This document shows positions 30,478 to 41,191 of a DNA stretch of 64,000 nt, one piece after another; the stretch's first letter is position 1; each line of letters starts with the position of its first letter. The stretch comes from an uncultured Clostridium sp. (GTDB taxonomy: Bacteria > Bacillota > Clostridia > Clostridiales > Clostridiaceae): contig CAURJV010000011.1 of the NCBI GenBank assembly GCA_963524945.1, forward strand, positions 28,085 through 92,084, written 5' to 3'. The notes below the pieces were generated by a model that made no database searches, was not told where the DNA came from, and saw only the letters and a program-made list of their open reading frames with translations. A program made the position numbers and the translations under genes.

Positions 30478-31101
30478 TTACACAAATATTTCATAAATTC
30501 CAAAAGCGATTAATATACTTCCAGATATGAAATTTGAATATTTAATAAAAAGTTTTGAAAGATTAATATTGCGATTAAAATAACTTATATATAGAAACAC
30601 AATAGAAATAATAAAACTAAAAAATACACTTATACTAAGATTAACGCCTGTTATACTGGCAGCAAAATTTATACAAATATTGTTTAGAGATAGTGCAATG
30701 GAAAGAACTAAACATTCTTTAAGATTTATATTATGAGATTTATCTAAATTTAGGATATAAGGATTCTCCAAAATACTTTTATACTTTAAAGAACTTTCAT
30801 AATAAAAAGAAGTATCGTAACCAAGACGTTTTTTTTCTAATCGAATATATTCAACTATAAAAGAAATTCCAATATAACTTAAAAGAATAGCACCAAACAT
30901 ATTACTGATCCTAGGATCTATTAAGGGCAGAATCAATTTACCAATATACATGGAAACAAATGTACTAACAGAAGTTACTATCGAAAGCAAAATGGCATTT
31001 GATTTAGATAAATGTATTTTTTCAATTCCATAAGATAAAAAAACTGATAAAGTTGCTATATTTGTTGAAATAGCTAATAAAAGAGGCGATACAAAAATCA
31101 T
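30478..31101 (-). CDS. YtaF/MntP-like membrane protein
   Basis: Six TMs, LDKSHNINLKECLVLSIALSLNN; conserved acidic residues appear degenerate. Confidence 0.75.
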   Translation of the reverse strand: MIFVSPLLLAISTNIATLSVFLSYGIEKIHLSKSNAILLSIVTSVSTFVSMYIGKLILPLIDPRISNMFGAILLSYIGISFIVEYIRLEKKRLGYDTSFYYESSLKYKSILENPYILNLDKSHNINLKECLVLSIALSLNNICINFAASITGVNLSISVFFSFIISIVFLYISYFNRNINLSKLFIKYSNFISGSILIAFGIYEIFV

Positions 31102-31411
31102 ATGGAACTCCTAAAAATTATTTTAATATAATATATTCATTTAATTCGAAAAAAGATTGCGATATGATAAATTTATAAAATATTTGTTTGATTTTTAAAC
31201 ATTTGATCGAAAAAAGTATGAAATATTTACATATTGAAAGTCGTGTGATAAAATACACTTAATATTTTATAAATTTGAAAAGTTGATACTAGGTGGTGTA
31301 GTAATAAAATATATAAGAAAAATATATTTGTTATGAAAATTCGACTACGTTTGAGGGGCTATATAGGATCATAAATGAATTTCATAATAAATTATTCTGG
31401 GGGGCATGTGA

Positions 31412-33082
31412 ATGTTAAATTATACGAAATATAAAAGATTTGAAACAATAAAATTGAATGATAGGATATGGCCTGATAAAGAAATAAACAAAGCGCCTAT
31501 ATGGTGTAGTGTCGATTTAAGAGATGGAAATCAAGCTCTTATTAATCCAATGACAGTAGATGAGAAGATTGAATTTTTTAAATTACTTATTAAACTTGGT
31601 TTTAAGGAAATAGAAGTTGGATTTCCATCAGCATCACAAATTGAGTATGACTTTTTAAGAAGGTTAGTTGATGAAAATCATATTCCAGATGATGTAACAG
31701 TGCAAGTATTAACACAAGCTAGGCCACATTTAATAAAGAAGACATTTGAAGCATTAAAAGATATAAAAAAGGCAATTGTTCATATATATAATTCGACTTC
31801 GGTACTTCAGAGAGATGTTGTTTTTAATATGAGTAAAGAAGAGATTAAAGAAATTGCAGTTGAAGGAACTAAATTAGTGAAAGAATACGCAGGAAGTTTT
31901 GAAGGAGAAATATTACTTGAGTATTCACCTGAGAGTTTTACGGGGACAGAGCTTGAATATGCAATAGAAATTTGTGATGCAGTTTTGGATACCTGGGAAG
32001 CTAATAAGGAAAATAAAGTTATAATAAATCTTCCTTCAACGGTACAAATGGATACTCCCAATGTTTATGCAGACCAAGTTGAATGGATGTGCAGAAATTT
32101 CAAAGATAGAGAAAGGGTAATTGTAAGTGTTCATCCTCATAATGACAGAGGAACTGGCGTTAGTGATGCAGAACTTGCAATGCTTGCAGGAGCAGATAGA
32201 GTTGAAGGAACTTTATTTGGAAATGGGGAAAGAACAGGAAATGTAGATATACTAACAATAGCATACAATATGTTCTCACATGGGATAAATCCAGAATTAA
32301 ATATTGAGAATGTAAATGAAATAATTGAAGTTTATGAAAGATGCGTTAAAATACCAGTGCATGTAAGACACCCATATGCGGGAAATTTAGTATTTACAGC
32401 ATTTTCAGGATCGCATCAAGATGCTATAAATAAAGGCATTAAAAAATATAAGGAACGTCATAATAGCATATGGCAAGTACCATACTTACCAATAGATCCA
32501 AGTGATTTAGGAAGGGAATATGAAGCTTTAGTCAGAATAAATAGTCAATCAGGTAAAGGTGGAATTACATTTGTTATGGATCATTGTTATGGATTTAAGA
32601 TTCCAAAGACTATGCAGAAGGAGTTTGCAGATGTTATTCAAAAAATTTCAGAAGGAAAAGGTGAGGTTTCGCCAACAGAGGTTAAAGAGGCTTTTGATAA
32701 AGAATATTTGAATCTAGAAATACCATTCAAATTAGTTAAATGTACAGTATTAGATATTTCAGATAATGGCTGCGAAGAAGATACTAAGGTTAATGTATCT
32801 ATAATATATAATGGACAGGAAAGAGAACTTGAGGGTATAGGAAATGGGCCTATAGATGCATTTAAGTCAGCATTATCTAGAAGTAGTTTAATTAATGTTA
32901 AAATCATAGATTACACAGAACATGCTTTGAGTACAGGTTCTGAGGCACAAGCAGCAGCTTACGTGTACATGGAGAGAAATGATATAATGAAGAAAACATT
33001 TGGGGTTGGTGTTGATAGTAATATTACAAGGGCTTCAATCAAGTCAATGATGAGTGCATTAAATCGTCTCTACCATCAATAA
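31412..33082 (+). CDS. leuA: 2-isopropylmalate synthase (yeast/actinobacterial type)
   Basis: WCSVDLRDGNQAL, HPHNDRG, GNGERTGN, AFSGSHQDAI, GNGPIDAF. Confidence 0.95.
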   Translation: MLNYTKYKRFETIKLNDRIWPDKEINKAPIWCSVDLRDGNQALINPMTVDEKIEFFKLLIKLGFKEIEVGFPSASQIEYDFLRRLVDENHIPDDVTVQVLTQARPHLIKKTFEALKDIKKAIVHIYNSTSVLQRDVVFNMSKEEIKEIAVEGTKLVKEYAGSFEGEILLEYSPESFTGTELEYAIEICDAVLDTWEANKENKVIINLPSTVQMDTPNVYADQVEWMCRNFKDRERVIVSVHPHNDRGTGVSDAELAMLAGADRVEGTLFGNGERTGNVDILTIAYNMFSHGINPELNIENVNEIIEVYERCVKIPVHVRHPYAGNLVFTAFSGSHQDAINKGIKKYKERHNSIWQVPYLPIDPSDLGREYEALVRINSQSGKGGITFVMDHCYGFKIPKTMQKEFADVIQKISEGKGEVSPTEVKEAFDKEYLNLEIPFKLVKCTVLDISDNGCEEDTKVNVSIIYNGQERELEGIGNGPIDAFKSALSRSSLINVKIIDYTEHALSTGSEAQAAAYVYMERNDIMKKTFGVGVDSNITRASIKSMMSALNRLYHQ

Positions 33083-33188
33083 AATTTAATTATATATTGC
33101 GATTAATCTTCTACATCTTAGTTTTAATTAAGCACATGGATTACTAGAGTTTTAAATGTAAATTTATTATTGCAAAAAGTATATTATT

Positions 33189-33239
33189 AAAAATAGCTAA
33201 CTATTATGTAAAGTAATAATATAATAGTTAGCTATTTTT
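33189..33239. terminator. Bidirectional terminator
   Basis: AAAATAGCTAACTATTAT ... ATAATAGTTAGCTATTTT. Confidence 0.75.
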
Positions 33240-33242
33240 ATT

Positions 33243-33869
33243 TTAATTAGTCTGGTTACTCCATTTTTTAAAATTAAAATAATTAACTAGTATAACAATA
33301 AAAAGCATAATAGCAAATACGTATAACGAATACTTTATACTAATTCCTAAAAATGTATAAAGAAGAATTATTGGTGTATCTGCAAAAAATATTGTTAAAG
33401 TATATTTAATAAAGCTAATTTCAGCTAATACAGAAAAGAAACAAATAATATCTGTGGGAATAACAGGAGAAGATACCCCTAAAGCTAAAATTTGCACATT
33501 ATTTTTTTTGATCATATTGTAAACTTTAGGATATTTATTTATTATTTTATTTTGATAACTCATTCCAAATGTAAGTCTTGCAAAGAAAAATAATAGAATT
33601 TCACTTAATAAATTCGCTGTTGCAGTTAAAATGAATGCTTCGTATGGATTAAATAGTATTCCACCAACAATTATAAAAATTGTACAGGGAATGAGCGTAA
33701 AAATTCTTAACGATGCAATTATGAAAAATAAAATTGTACTAAATTTTCCGTATGTATTTAAAAAAAATATTATTTTATTAACTCCGTTATTATACAATTG
33801 GTATTTAAAAAAAACAAATAAAATTGATATCCAAAATACAATAGCAATCCCCTTGAATAGTCTATTCAT
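33243..33869 (-). CDS. TVP38/VTT (DedA-like) membrane protein
   Basis: Hydrophobic, IPCTIFIIVGGILF, SPVIPTDI; AAGGAG upstream of ATG 33869. Confidence 0.8.
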   Translation of the reverse strand: MNRLFKGIAIVFWISILFVFFKYQLYNNGVNKIIFFLNTYGKFSTILFFIIASLRIFTLIPCTIFIIVGGILFNPYEAFILTATANLLSEILLFFFARLTFGMSYQNKIINKYPKVYNMIKKNNVQILALGVSSPVIPTDIICFFSVLAEISFIKYTLTIFFADTPIILLYTFLGISIKYSLYVFAIMLFIVILVNYFNFKKWSNQTN

Positions 33870-34270
33870 TAAATTTATCACTCCTTTTATACTAAATTTA
33901 AAGACGCCGAAAAAAAGTTTATAATAGCATATTTCCACCCTGCTATAAACTATTTTACCAATAAATTATAAGAATATGTTAAAATTTTGGAAATCTTTCG
34001 TTTATTTTAAGAATTATTAATAATTAATTTTTGGTATTGATAAAATAATGGAAATAAAATATATTTCTAAAAATAGGATTTATGTTAATGAATTATACAA
34101 AACTTCTAAATTATATAATAGTATTAGTATAGTTTAAATTAAAATGTTAATTAATGTACTATAATAAGATTGAAGGTCGTATTAAATCACTGACAATAAA
34201 GTAATAGAAGATATCCTAAAATTAAGGTATAATCATAGTAAAAACATAACTTTTACTAGGGGGCAGTTGT

Positions 34271-35335
34271 ATGAGTAAATATTGGAATGATAAAGTTAGA
34301 GAAATAGAGCCTTATGTGCCTGGGGAGCAGCCTAAGGATAGAAAGTACATAAAATTAAATACAAACGAGAATCCTTATCCACCATCAGATAAAGTTTTAG
34401 AAGCTATGAAGAATGAACTTAATGGTGATTTGAAGCTTTATCCAGATCCAACATGTAGTGAGTTAATAAGTGAAATAGCTAATTACTATAAGCTTGATGA
34501 TGATGAGATATTTATAGGAAATGGTTCGGATGAAATTTTGGCATTTTCGTTTATGACTTTTTTTTCAAAAGACAAAAAAATATTATTTCCGGATATAAGC
34601 TATACTTTCTATAAAGTTTATGCTGAACTTTTTGATTTAAATTATGAATTAATAAAATTAGATGATAATTTTGATATACCATTAGAAGAATTAAAAAAAA
34701 CAAATGGTGGAGTAATAATACCAAATCCTAATGCACCAACAGGAAAATATATAAATACAGAAAGCTTAAAAAATTTAATTGAAGCTAATAGAGATAGTGT
34801 AGTAATTATTGATGAAGCTTATATAGATTTTGGCGGCAAGTCAATGGTTGAATTTATAGATGAATATGATAATCTGTTAGTAATTCAAACATTATCAAAA
34901 TCACGTTCACTAGCTGGGCTAAGAGTCGGATTTGCATTGGGGCATAAAGATTTAATAGAGGGATTAAACAGAATTAAAAATAGCATAAATTCTTATACAA
35001 TAGATAGAGTCGCTTTAGCTGGGGCTAAAGCAGCTATTCAAGATACTAAATATTTTGAGAAGATAACTAAGAAAATAATAAAAACAAGAGAAAAAGTAGT
35101 TAAGGAATTAGAAAATTTAAATTTTAGAGTTTTGAAATCAGAATCAAATTTTCTTTTTGTTAGCCATAATAGGGCTTATGGGAAGTTACTTTATGAAAAT
35201 TTGAAAGATCAAGGAATACTAGTAAGACATTTTGATAAAGAAAGAATAGATAATTTTCTAAGAATAACAATAGGGACTGATGAAGAAATGAATGTTTTAA
35301 TTGAAAAATTAAGATTAATTTTGAATAATAATTAG
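34271..35335 (+). CDS. hisC: Histidinol-phosphate aminotransferase
   Basis: KLNTNENPY, GNGSDE, NPNAPTG, DEAY, TLSKSRSLAGLRVG. Confidence 0.93.
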   Translation: MSKYWNDKVREIEPYVPGEQPKDRKYIKLNTNENPYPPSDKVLEAMKNELNGDLKLYPDPTCSELISEIANYYKLDDDEIFIGNGSDEILAFSFMTFFSKDKKILFPDISYTFYKVYAELFDLNYELIKLDDNFDIPLEELKKTNGGVIIPNPNAPTGKYINTESLKNLIEANRDSVVIIDEAYIDFGGKSMVEFIDEYDNLLVIQTLSKSRSLAGLRVGFALGHKDLIEGLNRIKNSINSYTIDRVALAGAKAAIQDTKYFEKITKKIIKTREKVVKELENLNFRVLKSESNFLFVSHNRAYGKLLYENLKDQGILVRHFDKERIDNFLRITIGTDEEMNVLIEKLRLILNNN

Positions 35336-35565
35336 AGAAAATTACAATAAAAGTATAGTTAATTTAGATACAATTTATTAAGTGGGATTATTTTTTAAAA
35401 TCCAATTCAGTAAAATGTATCTAATTTATTTATTGAATAATATTATTAAGTATATAGAATAGAAATTTAGGATGTTAATATAATGGAATTTTTACTCTGA
35501 ATTTATGATTTATCATTTTCCGAATTAGAAGAGAAATTTTAATTTTTGAAGGAAGGCTTGATTTT

Positions 35566-36603
35566 ATGAAATTATGTATTAATAAAGAATACGTTTTAGA
35601 TGTTGCAAAGGAAATATTAGAATTTGATAGTCCAACTGGTTTTTGTTTTGAGATAATTGATAAAATAAGAGATATAGTTAGAGAATTAGGATATAGTTTT
35701 GAAACTACCAATAAAGGTTGTGGAATAATAACTATACAAGGTAAGTCGGATGAAAGAATATTAGGATTATCTGCTCATGTAGATACATTAGGTGCTATGG
35801 TTAGATCAATAACTTCAGATGGAAAAATAAAATTCACCCTACTTGGAGGACCAATTGTTCCGACTTTAGATAGTGAATATTGTACAATACGAACAAGGGA
35901 AGGAAAGAAGTATACAGGAACATTCTTAAGCACAAGCCCTGCGGCTCATGTTTTTGAGGATAGCTCGAGTAAAACAAGAGATCCGAAAAATATGGAAATA
36001 AGAATTGATGAAGAGGTTCATTCAAAAAGTGATGTTCAAAAGTTGGGTATTTGTGTAGGAGACTTTATATTTATTGATCCTAAAACAACAATTACTGAGA
36101 GTGGATTTATAAAATCAAGATTTATTGATGATAAAGGTAGTGTTTCTTGCTTAATGGGTCTATTAGAATTATTTAGTAGAGAAAAAATAGTTCCTAAATA
36201 TACTACCAAAATATTAATTTCAACTTATGAAGAAGTTGGGCATGGAGCATCATATATACCAAGCGATATAGTTGAGCTGATAGCAGTAGATATGGGATGT
36301 ATTGGGGAGGATTTAACTTGCAGTGAATATGATGTATCAATATGCGCCAAAGATTCAGGAGGACCCTATGATTATAATATAGTAACGAAACTAATTAATC
36401 TTGCAAAAGATAATAAGCTAAAATATGCTGTAGATATTTATCCAATGTATGGTTCGGATGTAGGGGCTGCTTTAAGAGGTGGAAATGATATACGTGGAGC
36501 CTTGATAGGTCCTGGTGTCCATGCATCTCACGGAATGGAAAGGACTCATTACAGTGCTTTCGAGAATACTATTAAATTATTATATTTTTATTTAACTAAT
36601 TAA
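35566..36603 (+). CDS. M42 family metallopeptidase
   Basis: SAHVDTLG, SRFIDDK, EEVGHG, GSD, HGMER. Confidence 0.9.
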   Translation: MKLCINKEYVLDVAKEILEFDSPTGFCFEIIDKIRDIVRELGYSFETTNKGCGIITIQGKSDERILGLSAHVDTLGAMVRSITSDGKIKFTLLGGPIVPTLDSEYCTIRTREGKKYTGTFLSTSPAAHVFEDSSSKTRDPKNMEIRIDEEVHSKSDVQKLGICVGDFIFIDPKTTITESGFIKSRFIDDKGSVSCLMGLLELFSREKIVPKYTTKILISTYEEVGHGASYIPSDIVELIAVDMGCIGEDLTCSEYDVSICAKDSGGPYDYNIVTKLINLAKDNKLKYAVDIYPMYGSDVGAALRGGNDIRGALIGPGVHASHGMERTHYSAFENTIKLLYFYLTN

Positions 36604-36758
36604 AAATATAATCATAATCTATTATTAGGATTGCAAAAATAAATGTATGCTATATATAAAGCAGTTTTTGGGATGAAAAGTAAGTAATGTAGATACATTT
36701 TAGGAGCGATTTTAGTAACTTTTGTATAATTGTATTATGCAGAAGGAGGGGATGGGTT

Positions 36759-37394
36759 ATGGATATAGAAAACTTAAAAAAGGAATATGTAAAAGATAAA
36801 ATTGATAAAGAATATATTGAAAATGTAAAAAGAGCAACAATAGTCTTACTAAAACAGTTAATAAACCTTGATAAAGAGGTATGGGAAGAATGTGGTAATA
36901 TATGCCTTATATATATGGCATATATTAAAGAAGAATTTTGTAATTATTTCATTAAAAATGGTTTTGAAATTAGACAAGAAACTGAAATAATTGCAAAATA
37001 TGAAGGTTTAAAAATAAAATTATTAAAATTAGCAGAGGATTGTAAATATGAAGCTAAATATATTCTTAGAGTCGGTGAGCATAAGGAATTTTATATTAAA
37101 TTAAGGCCTTCAAATAAATATAGAAGGATGATTTCCTGGAATTTCCCATTATCTAATAACGATATGCTTAATATAAACAAAGAAAATGGAAAAGATGCTA
37201 TAGCTACTTGTAACGATTTAAAAAAAATAAAAAATACAGGTGAATTTTTAAAAAAGAAAATAGAAGACCTTAATGATGTATTAAGTGAAATTAGTTCATT
37301 TAAATATGTTTATACAAAATATGAAAAAGATAAAATTAATGATGATGGCAAAATTGAATTTGATACATTTGAGGAATTATTTAAATCATTATAA
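36759..37394 (+). CDS. Hypothetical protein
   Basis: 211-aa ORF with GGAGG RBS; no motif recognised. Confidence 0.7.
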   Translation: MDIENLKKEYVKDKIDKEYIENVKRATIVLLKQLINLDKEVWEECGNICLIYMAYIKEEFCNYFIKNGFEIRQETEIIAKYEGLKIKLLKLAEDCKYEAKYILRVGEHKEFYIKLRPSNKYRRMISWNFPLSNNDMLNINKENGKDAIATCNDLKKIKNTGEFLKKKIEDLNDVLSEISSFKYVYTKYEKDKINDDGKIEFDTFEELFKSL

Positions 37395-37615
37395 ATAATA
37401 CTGAATTAAAGTATAAAGGATAAATGGCTAAAAATGTATGATATATAATTACCTAATATACGCTGTATGAAGTATATGATCTAAGAGATGGAAACAATAT
37501 TAATGGAGAATTGATAGGTTGATATTCTAATGTATCTAAAATGTATAAAAAGAACAATTATAATAATTTTAAAAATAATACAAGGTTTATATATTTAATT
37601 AATTTGGAGGTATAT

Positions 37616-38260
37616 ATGAAAGCAGTTATATTTGACATGGATGGAGTAATTATTGATAGTGAACCAATTCATTTTGAGGTAGATATTCAAACTATAAGAG
37701 AATTAGGTTGTGATATTTCAGAAAAAGAATTGGAAAAGTATGTAGGGTCAACAAATGAATATATGTATACGGATATAAAGAAAAATTATAATATAAGAAA
37801 ATCATTGCAAGAAATAATAGATTATAAAGTAGAATTGACTAAAATGAAGATTATTGAATCTGATTTAGAGCCAATAGATGGAATTAAAGAATTGTTAATA
37901 GAATTAAAGAATAGAAATATTCCTGCTGCAATAGCATCATCATCACCTAAGGATCTGATTGATATTGTTGTATCTAAGTTTAAATTACAAGAATACTTTA
38001 AATATATTATAAGTGGAGAAGAAGTTGAAAGAGGTAAACCATCACCTGATATTTATATTGAAACATCAAAAAAATTGGAAATATCACCAAAAGAGTGTGT
38101 CGTTATTGAAGATTCTAGGAATGGAGTATTTGCTGCAAAAGATGCTGAAATGAAATGTATAGGATTTAAAAATATTAACTCAGGAAATCAAGATTTATCT
38201 AAGGCGGATGTAATTGTTAACTCAATTCGAGATATAGATTTAAATAATATTCTATTCTAG
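37616..38260 (+). CDS. HAD-superfamily phosphatase (beta-PGM-like)
   Basis: FDMDGVIIDSE, KPSPDIY, IEDS; GGAGG upstream of ATG 37616. Confidence 0.92.
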   Translation: MKAVIFDMDGVIIDSEPIHFEVDIQTIRELGCDISEKELEKYVGSTNEYMYTDIKKNYNIRKSLQEIIDYKVELTKMKIIESDLEPIDGIKELLIELKNRNIPAAIASSSPKDLIDIVVSKFKLQEYFKYIISGEEVERGKPSPDIYIETSKKLEISPKECVVIEDSRNGVFAAKDAEMKCIGFKNINSGNQDLSKADVIVNSIRDIDLNNILF

Positions 38261-38407
38261 ACAGTTATATGATTTGAAATTATATAGAATAAATGAAAAA
38301 AAAGGATATGCTATTAAATTTCCTAAAATTGATTTTTTTAAAATTATTTGAGATTATACGTCTAAAATGGTATAATTTATATGAAAAAAATCAAGGGAGA
38401 CGATTAG

Positions 38408-39883
38408 ATGCGACGAGATAAAGTAAAAAAGCTAGCAGTAATAGCAATATTTTTATGCATTAGCAGCATACCAGTAGTAACTTATGCAAAAGATTCAAGG
38501 ATAAATGGAGAAATTATCGAACAACGCAATGTCGTAATTAGTAATAATTGGCTTACAGAAGAGGTTGCTAAGCAACTAGGCAAAAAAGTTGGAGATCTTA
38601 CAGAACAGGACTTCTTGAATATTAAGAAAATTGATTTGAGATATGAAAATATTGATAGTAATATACCTGAAGAAATTAAGTTATTAAAAAATTTAGAGTC
38701 TTTAAATCTAAACTATTGTAAAATAAGTGGACAAGTTCCGGAGTATTTAGGAGAGTTGTCTAAGTTAACTTATTTAGATTTAGGAGATAATAAAATTGAA
38801 GAATTGCCAGACAATGTTATGCAAAAAATTATTAATGGAAAGTATAGTTATTGTGATATTGAAGGTAATAAGTTAAGTTTAAATGAAGGATGGTATTTCT
38901 TAAAAGGAAAATGGTGCTACTTAGATGGTCATGGAAAGAGAGTTAGTGGTACTCAGACGATAGATGGGAAGAAGTATGAATTTAATGATGATGGAAGTGT
39001 AAAAGAAGGTTGGGAAAGTGATAAGGATAAGAATTGGTACTATTATGATAGAGTAAATGGTGCAATAAAGAATGATTGGAAACAGATATCAGGAATTTGG
39101 TATTACTTTGATAAAGATGGAAAAATGGAAAAAGGATTGCAAACAATAAAAGGCGCTAAATATTTTTTCAATGATAATGGTTCGATGGCGACCGGATGGA
39201 CAAAGATAGATAATAACTATTACTATTTCTCAGGTTCAGGAGCAATGCAGTATGGGTGGTTGACTTTAAATGATAAGATTTACTATTTGGATACTACTTC
39301 GGGCATAATGGCATCAGGAGATAAGGTTATAAATGGTAAGAAATATGGATTTTCTAGCGATGGTGCATTAATTAAAAATGTGTGGCTAGACAATTATACA
39401 TATGTCAATCCTAATGGTGAGACAGTGAATACTTACTCTAATTATTCGCATTCAAGTACAAACTATCAACTATTTAAATATATGACTAATGTGAATAATC
39501 AATTAAGCGTAGATAGTACTGCTGTTGCATTACATGACGGCATTACTAGTAATAACTGCGTATATTTTACATCTGAAGCATTAAGAAGAATAGGTGTTAA
39601 TATACCAACGTCAACAGCAAATACATATCAGTTAGAGAATGTACTAAAGAATATGGGATTTGTCTATAGTTATGATTTTTCTCAAATTAAACCAGGAGAT
39701 ATTGTATTTACAAATAATTATACTCATGTCTATATTTTTATGGGTTGGGATAAAGATGGATATGCTTATATTGTAGATAATCAAAGGACAAGCTTTGGAA
39801 ATTTAGTACTTCATAAAAGGCTTATTCTTCAAGATACTGCTACAACAGATAGGGCAACACATTTCTTCTACTATCCATATTGA
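38408..39883 (+). CDS. Secreted LRR + cell-wall-binding-repeat protein with C-terminal papain-like domain
   Basis: Signal peptide, LRRs (LESLNLNYC, LTYLDLGDN), WYYF..G.M..GW repeats, NNCVYFTSEALR..PGDIVF..HVYI. Confidence 0.8.
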   Translation: MRRDKVKKLAVIAIFLCISSIPVVTYAKDSRINGEIIEQRNVVISNNWLTEEVAKQLGKKVGDLTEQDFLNIKKIDLRYENIDSNIPEEIKLLKNLESLNLNYCKISGQVPEYLGELSKLTYLDLGDNKIEELPDNVMQKIINGKYSYCDIEGNKLSLNEGWYFLKGKWCYLDGHGKRVSGTQTIDGKKYEFNDDGSVKEGWESDKDKNWYYYDRVNGAIKNDWKQISGIWYYFDKDGKMEKGLQTIKGAKYFFNDNGSMATGWTKIDNNYYYFSGSGAMQYGWLTLNDKIYYLDTTSGIMASGDKVINGKKYGFSSDGALIKNVWLDNYTYVNPNGETVNTYSNYSHSSTNYQLFKYMTNVNNQLSVDSTAVALHDGITSNNCVYFTSEALRRIGVNIPTSTANTYQLENVLKNMGFVYSYDFSQIKPGDIVFTNNYTHVYIFMGWDKDGYAYIVDNQRTSFGNLVLHKRLILQDTATTDRATHFFYYPY

Positions 39884-40034
39884 TGCGATATTTAACATGA
39901 ATAGAAAATGTAGGTAAGTTATTTGTTACATTTTTATAAATGTAAAATACATTTATATCTATAAGTAAAATATATATTTAAATAGAATGACAATGTATTA
40001 TGCTTAATTATTCCACTTAGCTTCGGTTCTGACT

Positions 40035-40081
40035 AGGATCCTTATAATTAATAATTCTTTATTAATTATAAGGATCCTTTT
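40035..40081 (+). terminator. Perfect 20-bp hairpin with short T-tail
   Basis: AGGATCCTTATAATTAATAA-ttct-TTATTAATTATAAGGATCCT-TTT. Confidence 0.75.
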
Positions 40082-40186
40082 GTTATGAAAAATTGTAAAT
40101 AAATTTTATTCATATATATTGAGGGAATATAGTATAAATAAAAATATGAATATAATGTATGGTTGCAATGGAGGGAGAGAAGTTTA

Positions 40187-41149
40187 ATGAAAGTTCAAGT
40201 TGATATATTTTCAGGTTTTTTGGGTGCTGGAAAGACAATGTTAATCAAAAAATTATTATCAGAAAAAATTTATGATAATAATACAGTTATTATTGAAAAT
40301 GAGTTTGGAGAAGTCGGAATAGATGGAGACATATTAAAAGAAAGTAATATTGAAATTAAAGAAATAAATTCTGGATGCATTTGCTGCCAGGTATCTGGAA
40401 ACTTTGGAGAAGCTATTTTAGAGGTTATAAATAAATATAATCCTAGCAATATAATAATCGAACCTTCAGGCGTAGCAAAATTAAGTGAGATATTAAACAT
40501 TCTTCAAGAAAAAAAATTTCAACATAAGCTTGAAATTAGAAATATTTTCACTTTAATTGATATTAGAAATTATGATATGTATTTGAAAAATTTCAAGGAA
40601 TTTTATGAGAATCAAATAAAAAGAGCAAAAACTATAGTTTTAAGCAGAAGTCAACTAGTAGATAATAAAAAGATTGATGCAACTATAGATTCTATAAGAA
40701 AGTTAAATTTGAAAGCTAAAATAATATATAAACCATGGGATTTATTAAAAGGAAATGATTTTCTTAGTACAAATATAATAAATGAAAAAAGAAAAATTTT
40801 TGCTGCAAATTCTAGCATTAGCGCTAGCGCAAGTAAGCAGATGAGAAGAGAAGTAAGCCATAGTGCAAATGAAATTTTTGAAAGTTATCCTATAGATCTT
40901 GAAGAAAATATAAGTATGCTTGAAATCCAAAAAAAATTCGAATTTATTTCAACTAATAATAAGTTCGGAAGAATAATAAGAGCTAAAGGTGTTTTTAAGG
41001 CAAACGATGGAGAGTATTATCAATTTGATTATGTGCCTAATGAATTTAAAAGTAGAAAAATCAGGTGGTCAAATAAGAAAGTGGTTTCAATAATTGGTAG
41101 TGAGTTAAATAAAAAGGAATTAGAAAGGTTATTTATTAGGAAAATATAA
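40187..41149 (+). CDS. CobW/COG0523-family G3E GTPase
   Basis: SGFLGAGKT, ENEFGEVGID, GCICC, IEPSG, C-terminal RAKG. Confidence 0.92.
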   Translation: MKVQVDIFSGFLGAGKTMLIKKLLSEKIYDNNTVIIENEFGEVGIDGDILKESNIEIKEINSGCICCQVSGNFGEAILEVINKYNPSNIIIEPSGVAKLSEILNILQEKKFQHKLEIRNIFTLIDIRNYDMYLKNFKEFYENQIKRAKTIVLSRSQLVDNKKIDATIDSIRKLNLKAKIIYKPWDLLKGNDFLSTNIINEKRKIFAANSSISASASKQMRREVSHSANEIFESYPIDLEENISMLEIQKKFEFISTNNKFGRIIRAKGVFKANDGEYYQFDYVPNEFKSRKIRWSNKKVVSIIGSELNKKELERLFIRKI

Positions 41150-41191
41150 AAAATATTGATCATTAAAACTTTGTAGAGAGGTGGTGGAATT

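Noticed and set aside
31102..31411. T-box or leader peptide upstream of leuA
   Set aside because: AGGTGGTGTAG is only a partial match; no Stem I, terminator or Leu-rich peptide
40085..40115. Zur box upstream of the CobW operon
   Set aside because: AAATTGTAAATAAATTTTATT matches only one half-site and is not palindromic
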